DNA of 20,000 bases, taken from the IMG/VR virus record IMGVR_UViG_3300025697_000015; one strand, 5' to 3'. Below are positions 8,738-15,080 of this stretch, piece by piece (the first letter of the stretch is position 1; each line of letters begins with the position of its first letter). Position numbers and translations under genes: made by a program. This DNA comes from an uncultured virus (IMG/VR IMGVR_UViG_3300025697_000015) (lineage: Duplodnaviria > Heunggongvirae > Uroviricota > Caudoviricetes). The notes below the pieces were generated by a model that made no database searches, was not told where the DNA came from, and saw nothing but the letters and a program-made list of their open reading frames with translations.

Positions 8738-9193
8738 TCTTTTACCTGCTTGAAGAATCTGGAAGGTTTGTTAGGTTCAGTCACATGCCAGCCTTTCTCA
8801 GGTTGAGAAGGTATCCCATCAATGAATTCTCCACCTGACCGTTGGTAACTCATGTGTCGGACTATGTTCTTTGTAACTGAAGACTGTTTATCCATTGCTG
8901 CTACAGCATTTTGACCCAAAATCACATTAGAAGGCCAACGGCCAGCAGGGTTAATCTTGATGTCACCGTCTTTTTTCTGAATTTGGAAAGCTGCCCCACG
9001 GTCTGAACCATGCTTGAATGAATATCCTTGTTGTGTTCGAAACAATGGATTTGATGCTACGTTAGGGGTGTCTTCATATCCGATACGGCAGGCATCAATA
9101 TTGAGTCCACAAGTACCCCATTGGACTATGTTTCCCACCACAGAACCTGAAATAGGTTTTCGGGCTACGGTAATAACTATCATTCTTTTACCT
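8708..9193. repeat. Exact 40-bp direct repeat at module start junctions (8708-8747 and 9154-9193); related junction at 3936-3966
   Basis: aggttttcgggctacggtaataactatcattcttttacct is present twice; 3936-3966 matches 8727-8757 at 30/31 nt. Confidence 0.9.
8734..9183 (-). CDS. Stand-alone methyltransferase variable-region module, copy 4 (short type, 149 aa)
   Basis: MIVITVARKP...WGTCGLNIDACRI...GRWPSNVIL...SRFFKQVKE; lacks the His/Cys cluster of the other copies. Confidence 0.85.
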   Translation of the reverse strand: MIVITVARKPISGSVVGNIVQWGTCGLNIDACRIGYEDTPNVASNPLFRTQQGYSFKHGSDRGAAFQIQKKDGDIKINPAGRWPSNVILGQNAVAAMDKQSSVTKNIVRHMSYQRSGGEFIDGIPSQPEKGWHVTEPNKPSRFFKQVKE

Positions 9194-10190
9194 ATGAATC
9201 AATTATTTCAAAAACACTTAAATCCTCTGGGTCTCCCCACGGAACTTTTAACAAGTCTAAGACTTTACCACCACCCATCTTTTGAGTGATGAAAGCCCAT
9301 TGTTTTGGGTGAGTCTTTTTCATTTTCTCAAACCTGTTTGGGTATTTCTCCATATGAGCACCAAACATACAAAACATGCAACCTGTCCGGGATACTCCGG
9401 TCAATGAAAGCTTCCCTGTATCATCTTTAACTATATTACCATAGACACTGGACATCTTTAACTTATTATCCAGAAGGTATTGCAATATATCTTGCTCTGT
9501 CCAAGCCATTAATGGCCGAGACATCGGGTTCTTCATATTATAAGCATTACACCCAAACCTTTTCCAAGATAGTTCTCGGTCTTTACTCTCTGTTGCTGTG
9601 ACTCCGACATAAGGATACTGTCCCGTTTCCTTAATATGCTTATGTAAAGGTGCTTTCTTCATAACATGACAGCAACGGTGATTTATCTTCAGGTTTCCAG
9701 CTCGAACCTCATCTACTAAATACAACCACTTGTTAGGTATTTTGCCCAAGGATAAATACTCACCCTTGCTTGTCATTCCTGTTAAGCGGAGGGTGTGGGT
9801 AGCCGAACCAATAGAACCACACCCAGCCTCATGGATATACTGAGCATTCCGTTTAGATACAGCTGGCCATCCATACTTCTTAACAACTTCTTGAAAGTTC
9901 ATCTTAGGTTTGAGGACAATTACATTCTCTGTTTCTCTGGCAAACCTCCTGATTTCAGGGTATTCTAATCCTGTGTCACAAAATACTGCCGGAGTGTTAG
10001 GATACAACTGACGAACCAGATGAAGTAGGACGGAGGAATCTTTACCTCCTGAATACGACACTGATACTTTACCTTGGTGGTGTTCGTACCAACTTCTAAT
10101 CCGGCTAAGACTCATTTGAATTTTAAGATCCAATGGGTAACCAGACCGGGTTTTCATTTGCCACTCTTCTAAAGCATTCTCTGGGTTCAT
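9192..10190 (-). CDS. PAPS reductase family (PP-loop) protein
   Basis: VSYSGGKDS PP-loop, FCDTGLEYPE, RCCHVMKKAP, SRPLMAWTEQD, RTGCMFC (CC plus CxxC, putative Fe-S ligands). Confidence 0.92.
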   Translation of the reverse strand: MNPENALEEWQMKTRSGYPLDLKIQMSLSRIRSWYEHHQGKVSVSYSGGKDSSVLLHLVRQLYPNTPAVFCDTGLEYPEIRRFARETENVIVLKPKMNFQEVVKKYGWPAVSKRNAQYIHEAGCGSIGSATHTLRLTGMTSKGEYLSLGKIPNKWLYLVDEVRAGNLKINHRCCHVMKKAPLHKHIKETGQYPYVGVTATESKDRELSWKRFGCNAYNMKNPMSRPLMAWTEQDILQYLLDNKLKMSSVYGNIVKDDTGKLSLTGVSRTGCMFCMFGAHMEKYPNRFEKMKKTHPKQWAFITQKMGGGKVLDLLKVPWGDPEDLSVFEIIDS

Positions 10191-10555
10191 TTTTCATAAA
10201 CCCTTTTTTCAGGGATAACTCCCCGAATACCACCCACAGGGTCAGGGACATCACCTAAAAACCTTGGGATGACGTGTAAATGAATATGAGGTACAGTCTG
10301 TCCAGCAGCATATCCCAAATTCCATCCAACATTTACCCCATCTACGTTTACAAGATTTTTTATTTCCAACTGAGCCAGCTCTAAAATATCCCTCATCTCA
10401 TCACTTGTGATATCCGAAAACTCCTCAACATGTCGAATGGGAACAATCAGCCTATGGCCTTTATTCACAGGATATCCATCAAATAAACAAGCTGCAAGAC
10501 CCTGTGTTTTTTCAAATCTAAGTTCATTACAAAACGGGCATTGTTTCTCTGCCAT
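10187..10555 (-). CDS. HIT family nucleotide hydrolase
   Basis: CPFC, YPVNKGHRLIVPIRH, NVGWNLGYAAGQTVPHIHLHVIPR histidine triad. Confidence 0.95.
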   Translation of the reverse strand: MAEKQCPFCNELRFEKTQGLAACLFDGYPVNKGHRLIVPIRHVEEFSDITSDEMRDILELAQLEIKNLVNVDGVNVGWNLGYAAGQTVPHIHLHVIPRFLGDVPDPVGGIRGVIPEKRVYEK

Positions 10556-10557
10556 CT

Positions 10558-11394
10558 TTAACTCTCCTTCTGTTGAATATCTACTCTCTGCACACGGTTG
10601 TCCTTATCTGCACCGATAAAATATATCTTATTATCAGGGATATCAGCAGTTTCAATATGAGCACCCCAAAGGGAGTTTCCACCAAGGTCAATATACTGGT
10701 CATCGTCCTCAGATTTAACAACCAAGCCGTGAAAGAGAGTCCCACGAGTTTTCTCAGAAACAAGAAGAGTAGAAACACTATCTGTACCAATGGCTGCAAA
10801 AGCATCAACCATAAGTTCTCGTGTCAAAGGACCTCGGAAAGGTTTCCCTGTCCAACCATCAATTCGTGCCATCGTTGCATCATTGGCAGGAAACAACCCA
10901 AACACGTTTAGGAACTCTTGGAACTGCCAGTCCTTCTCATCAACCCACTGATCTTCTTTCCCTTGCTGTTTCATTCGGGCTTGTATTGTGGTGTAACAAC
11001 TGGAAACAACATTGAAAGGAGTGAGTTTAGGGTTTTCTTCACCCGTGTCCTTAAAAGCATTAGATGCTTTTTGAAGAAATTCCTGTGCTGAAATATAATC
11101 AGGGGCACCATGTTTCATGACCCGAAAGCCGTACTCTAGTCCTTCTTGGTACTGGTAAGGTTGCATATTTACTTTCAGGAGCAGGAAAACTTTATCAACA
11201 CCCAAAGACAGGAGCGGTCTCATAGCCGTAGAGATTGAGATGGGGTCATTTGCTCGGTCTTTTGCCCACGGCATCAAAGCCAAAAGTTTCTCCTCAGATT
11301 CTCCAGGGTATTTTGGGTGACCGACGATTTCATCTTTGATGGTCAACATACGGTTGAACGTCGTCCAATGTCCCATTGTTACAAGTCTTTTCAT
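10558..11394 (-). CDS. Hypothetical protein
   Basis: Long co-oriented ORF; start reassigned to ATG 11394 (SD GGAGGAG, ATGA overlap). Confidence 0.75.
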   Translation of the reverse strand: MKRLVTMGHWTTFNRMLTIKDEIVGHPKYPGESEEKLLALMPWAKDRANDPISISTAMRPLLSLGVDKVFLLLKVNMQPYQYQEGLEYGFRVMKHGAPDYISAQEFLQKASNAFKDTGEENPKLTPFNVVSSCYTTIQARMKQQGKEDQWVDEKDWQFQEFLNVFGLFPANDATMARIDGWTGKPFRGPLTRELMVDAFAAIGTDSVSTLLVSEKTRGTLFHGLVVKSEDDDQYIDLGGNSLWGAHIETADIPDNKIYFIGADKDNRVQRVDIQQKES

Positions 11395-11849
11395 TTCCTG
11401 TCTCCTCCCCTGCAATATTTCCTTTTTACGTGATATAATTTCGTAACAAGAGCTTCTCTTCTACCAGGACTCTGAAGAGAGTGTCCAAAAGAATAGTCGT
11501 CAAAATCAATACGTTTTAGAGCTTTAAGACCTTCTGTGGTATTCCATCCTCGTCCTTGGGCTAAAACCAAAGAAACTGAAATAGTTGTCCCACCTACTTT
11601 GAACCCTAACAAGCGGTCCAGAGGGTTATCGTTTAACGTAACTTTCTTCCCAGCATCGTGAGCATCAGCCAATTTGTTAATCCACTCTGCCATCGTTTTG
11701 CATATCAGCTCAGAACCCTCATTCAGATATTTGACATATTCTGCCAACTGATGTCTGGCTATTTCCTCGGTATTAAAAGGTCCAATAATATCCGACCAAT
11801 TCTCATCGGAAAAAAACCATTGGCCATCTTTTTCAATTATAGGATCCAT
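11391..11849 (-). CDS. Hypothetical protein; N-terminus resembles a DUF6316-like motif
   Basis: MDPIIEKDGQWFF...IGPFNTEEIARHQLAEY; start inferred from similarity to the neighbouring gene. The family resemblance is from memory only. Confidence 0.65.
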   Translation of the reverse strand: MDPIIEKDGQWFFSDENWSDIIGPFNTEEIARHQLAEYVKYLNEGSELICKTMAEWINKLADAHDAGKKVTLNDNPLDRLLGFKVGGTTISVSLVLAQGRGWNTTEGLKALKRIDFDDYSFGHSLQSPGRREALVTKLYHVKRKYCRGGDRK

Positions 11850-11854
11850 TACTG

Positions 11855-12103
11855 TTACCCCCATAAAGGTATATTTACTTTCCCACAACTATCACAAGTA
11901 CCTCTACAAATAAGAGCTTCCCAGATTTTCGATGATTTTTTATAAGCACACTCCCGACAAACTTTTTCAGGAGTAACTATTCTTTGAGTCTCTGGCTCTG
12001 TTTCTACAGTATGCTCCGCCAGACGATTAGTTGCAACATTTTCCGTTAGGAAAGGACCACATCTGAAAAACCATTCTCCGTTTTCTTCAAACACTTTGTT
12101 CAT
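11855..12103 (-). CDS. Small hypothetical protein with a paralogous N-terminus and a C-terminal CxxC..CxxxCxxC cluster
   Basis: MNKVFEENGEWFFRCGPFLTENVATNRLAEH; ATG 12103 overlaps the methylase TGA, SD GGGAGG. Confidence 0.65.
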   Translation of the reverse strand: MNKVFEENGEWFFRCGPFLTENVATNRLAEHTVETEPETQRIVTPEKVCRECAYKKSSKIWEALICRGTCDSCGKVNIPLWG

Positions 12104-12981
12104 TCTGGTTTCCTCCCTACCACTATTATTTCCCAAGCGGGCTTGAGTGCCGTCCCATAGCCTTCAAACTTCTTGGCAATATCCGAAGTAGGTAAGGTCA
12201 GTGGTATTTGAATATTGACTTGTTTTACCCCTGCCCCATAAGCTCCACACCCTTTGGCAGAAAGACTATCACCTTTGCCTGGTCGGGATTGATTGTTGAC
12301 ATTATCCCCACCTTTACCTGTTGTAGTTCCTATTACTTGTGGTTCAACTCCAATTTTCTTATCCAAAGCCTTTGATATGTTTAATGACTTCGGAAATCCA
12401 GATCCGTATATCCAGGCATCCATATGAATTTCTACAAAGCCTGCCTGTTCCATAGCTGCTGCCAACCGGTGGTAAGTGCGGGTGCCACCGAAAGCTTTTA
12501 GGACACCTCCAGGTTTCAATACCCTGAAGGCTTCCACCAACCAATTCAGATGCCAAGCCTGTTGAGTGTGTATATTGTCCAAGGAGATGTTTAAGGCTGC
12601 GTCTGCACCGTCTCCTACAGGTTCACCAGCCACAACCCATTCTGGTTCGTCACAGGTACATTTCTTAGCCCCTCTTAGACGGCCACCACAGGCTTTACAT
12701 GTTGGATTGGCTCCACCGAAAGGTTGAGTTCCTCCTAAAGAAGGCCATTCAATCTCACGTTGGCCAATACCAGGTTTACTCATCCCTGCCCCTGACTTCC
12801 ATTCATCAAGGTTATCCCATTTCTTGTTCATAAAGGATAAGCTAAGTTAGCCATAGGGCGGATCACAAACAATACTTCCAATACTGCCTTCAGCAAAAGA
12901 TTGCATTTTTTCTTTGCAATCTCCCATGAGCAATTGAAGTGTTTGTGGAACCACCCTACGGGGGTTCTGTTTCCTTTTCAT
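12100..12981 (-). CDS. N-terminal (DPPY catalytic) half of a beta-class N6/N4 DNA methyltransferase; in-frame TAA at 12847-12849 (split, recoded or pseudogene)
   Basis: From ATG 12981: MKRKQNPRRVVPQTLQLLMGDCKEKMQSFAEGSIGSIVCDPPYG*LSLSFMNKKWD, in frame with ORF 12100-12831, which has RVLKPGG, RTYHRLA, WIYGSGFPKS and GTALKPAWEIIVVGRKPE*. No FxGxG motif. Confidence 0.85.
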
Positions 12982-12997
12982 TATTTCATCCTATCTC

Positions 12998-13039
12998 TTG
13001 ACAATAAAACCTAGTCCATGATACAGTATCACAGGAGGT
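12998..13039 (+). promoter_or_regulatory. Sigma70-type promoter and SD for the endonuclease gene
   Basis: TTGACA 12998-13003, 18-nt spacer, extended -10 TGn-TACAGT 13019-13027, AGGAGGT 13033-13039, ATG 13046. Confidence 0.7.
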
Positions 13040-13045
13040 TTAATA

Positions 13046-13789
13046 ATGCAAACTAGAACATGCCCGATATGTAAAAAAACCTATCAAGCTGATCCTAAAC
13101 GTCTTAAACACGGAAGACAAACCACATGCTCCCGTAAATGCTCGTATAAATTCCGAGCCCAACAACTTAAAAAATCTAAATCTTACACCTGTGTTATCTG
13201 TGGAACTGTTTTTGAACGCCCTCCCTCGACAGCTAAAAAAGCTGATGCAGGACTTCCTTTGTGTTCCAAAGAATGCCATTATAAAGCACGTACACAAGGT
13301 CTGTCTCCACGTCCTATCTGCGGCCCCTATCAACCACCCCCACCAACTCCTACTCCTGTCTTGACTAATGGTTTCGGACATTGGTTGGCAGGTTTCATTG
13401 CCGGAGAAGGGTGTTTTCGAATCCACAAAGTTCGAAAAGGTGCATATTTCGGTTGTGCCTTCTCGTTGAAACTTCGAGATGATGACACCCCTATTTTGAC
13501 TGAGATTGTCAATAAACTCCAACTTGGTAGATTGAAACCTGACAGATCGAGAAATGGGAATAGTAAGCCTTGTATGGTTTGGATAGTAGATACTAAAGCC
13601 GACTGTCCTACCTTGGTTAGTATTATCGACCAATACCCTATTAGGGCTAAGAAAGCTAATGATTTCCGTATTTGGAAAAAGGCTGTTCATTTGTGGACAT
13701 CCTTTAAACCAGGGAAAAGTGTGTGGGTTCGTATGGGACAGATGAAAAAGGAAATAGAAGATGTTCGTACATACAAGCCCCCAACATAA
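13046..13789 (+). CDS. Single-motif LAGLIDADG homing endonuclease with two N-terminal zinc-finger repeats
   Basis: CPIC...CSRKC and CVIC...CSKEC repeats, PPPPTPTP linker, WLAGFIAGEGCF, FSLKLRDDD, YPIRAKKANDFRIWKKAV. It is the only credible + strand gene. Confidence 0.9.
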   Translation: MQTRTCPICKKTYQADPKRLKHGRQTTCSRKCSYKFRAQQLKKSKSYTCVICGTVFERPPSTAKKADAGLPLCSKECHYKARTQGLSPRPICGPYQPPPPTPTPVLTNGFGHWLAGFIAGEGCFRIHKVRKGAYFGCAFSLKLRDDDTPILTEIVNKLQLGRLKPDRSRNGNSKPCMVWIVDTKADCPTLVSIIDQYPIRAKKANDFRIWKKAVHLWTSFKPGKSVWVRMGQMKKEIEDVRTYKPPT

Positions 13790-13817
13790 TGGAGTGTTTG
13801 TGGAACTGGGTTCTGTT

Positions 13818-14114
13818 TCATCTTTTCACCTTAGTTACCTTCATCTGGTAATCTCCGATATTTACCTCTTTGATTGTTACATCAAGCATCTCTTGGGTAA
13901 ATGTCTCAGCATTTGACTTTTCCATAATATTAAGGACTACGAGCATAGCAGCTTTCAGACGAATTAGATCTTTACCTGATGCATCGTAAGGAGCTTTGTT
14001 ATACTGGCATATTTTAACAGCAGAATCTTTAACAGCATTACCAATAGATTCAGAACTCCAGTCCAGAAAAGATAAATCTTTTCTCTCTTTATCAGTGGTT
14101 AAAAGTTTAGACAT
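13818..14114 (-). CDS. Hypothetical protein
   Basis: 98 aa co-oriented ORF with AAAGGA upstream. Confidence 0.65.
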   Translation of the reverse strand: MSKLLTTDKERKDLSFLDWSSESIGNAVKDSAVKICQYNKAPYDASGKDLIRLKAAMLVVLNIMEKSNAETFTQEMLDVTIKEVNIGDYQMKVTKVKR

Positions 14115-14117
14115 TTA

Positions 14118-14315
14118 TCAATCCTTTTCTCCCACGGCTTCGGCCACGGCTTCTGATATCCAATCGGATAGTTCTTCACCTTCCCAAGTTTGTTGAAAAA
14201 TAGGATAACCACAACATATAGGCATCGATGCGGTACTGTCACTCTGAGGTAACAATGCTGCCTCATCCTCAGTCCATTTTTGCCCACAGAAGGCACATAG
14301 ATAATAGTGGGTCAT
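14118..14315 (-). CDS. Small putative zinc-ribbon protein
   Basis: YLCAFCG...PICCG, acidic tail, ATGA overlap with the upstream gene. Confidence 0.6.
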   Translation of the reverse strand: MTHYYLCAFCGQKWTEDEAALLPQSDSTASMPICCGYPIFQQTWEGEELSDWISEAVAEAVGEKD

Positions 14316-14554
14316 TCATTTACCTTATAATTAAAACCATCATAAATAATTGTTTGATGGAGTGTTTGTTCCAATTCTTTCTGAACCTCCGAGGCTAATG
14401 GGTCAAGGAGTCTTGATATAACCCTGCTAAGTCCTGTCTCCCAACCTTCTTGGGTTTGCATCCTTATCAAAGATGTTGTATCGATGGCCACATTCTTGTT
14501 GATGCCAATTTCAATAATGCCATCTGTTATTTGTACTGTAATGCTATTTTTCAT
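14312..14554 (-). CDS. Hypothetical protein
   Basis: 80 aa ORF, ATGA-coupled on both sides. Confidence 0.6.
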   Translation of the reverse strand: MKNSITVQITDGIIEIGINKNVAIDTTSLIRMQTQEGWETGLSRVISRLLDPLASEVQKELEQTLHQTIIYDGFNYKVNE

Positions 14555-15036
14555 TCGTTGTCACCTTTTTCCAAGAAATCCACAGTGTTTAAAAGGATTG
14601 TGGCCAGAGGTTCTTCGATCCCGTGCTTGGGAAACAGAACTTCTATCATTCCTTTTCTGACATCAGTGCCTTTGGCTCCAGATACAGCCACCCAATCACA
14701 GACCATCTCAATTATATCAATCAAATGCATCCCTGCAACTCCGTCCTTGAAATGCTCAGGATGATGTCTGTTGTTTTCATAATGGTGTTTAAGAGCAGGA
14801 CCCAGTTCTTTTATGATCGTTCTGGCCTCTGGTGATCCAAATGGTAGCCCTTTGACTTTAGGAATAACCTCGGCGTATGTTGAGAATTCCTCATCACTAC
14901 TCTTGGATAGATCATGAGTAGCCTGACGATGTTCTATCTCATCAGATACAATCTGCATTTGTTCAAAAACATCCGTCCGATGAATCATGATTTCAGTGTT
15001 ATAATCAGTTTCTGCTTGAGTTAATTTTTTTGTCAT
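14551..15036 (-). CDS. DUF5662-like, HD-related putative phosphohydrolase
   Basis: HDLSK, HHYENNRHHPEH, DIIEMVCDW; SD AGGAGG. Confidence 0.8.
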   Translation of the reverse strand: MTKKLTQAETDYNTEIMIHRTDVFEQMQIVSDEIEHRQATHDLSKSSDEEFSTYAEVIPKVKGLPFGSPEARTIIKELGPALKHHYENNRHHPEHFKDGVAGMHLIDIIEMVCDWVAVSGAKGTDVRKGMIEVLFPKHGIEEPLATILLNTVDFLEKGDNE

Positions 15037-15080
15037 GTTATCCTCCTACATCAACAACCCACGGACAGGGAAAACTAAGC

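Larger units (their letters stand above)
12938..13828. mobile_element. Free-standing homing endonuclease cassette flanked by a diverged duplication of the methylase start region
   Basis: Shared blocks: agtgtttgtggaac (12938-12951 and 13793-13806), gggttctgtttc (12962-12973 and 13808-13819), cttttca (12974-12980 and 13822-13828). Confidence 0.75.

Noticed and set aside
3332..9193. Diversity-generating retroelement or invertible shufflon as the explanation for the repeated modules
   Set aside because: No reverse transcriptase or site-specific recombinase in the window; all copies are in the same orientation and differ by large indels rather than adenine-specific changes.
5686..9193. CRISPR array from the 35-40 nt repeats
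   Set aside because: Only two copies of each, lying within coding junctions, with no regular spacers and no cas genes.
9192..10190. Sulfate-assimilation cysH or a complete Dnd phosphorothioation system
   Set aside because: No other cys or dnd genes are in the window; only the fold-level assignment is supported.
12847..12849. Genome-wide stop-codon reassignment explaining the in-frame TAA
   Set aside because: TAA, TAG and TGA all terminate neighbouring genes normally, and long ORFs are intact under code 11.
13040..13690. 216-aa - strand ORF
   Set aside because: It is antisense to the endonuclease gene, which has a promoter, an SD and clear motifs.
12982..13792. Group I intron housing the LAGLIDADG gene
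   Set aside because: The ORF is antisense and fills almost the whole interval, leaving no room for a ribozyme core; the flanks are duplicated rather than being contiguous exons.
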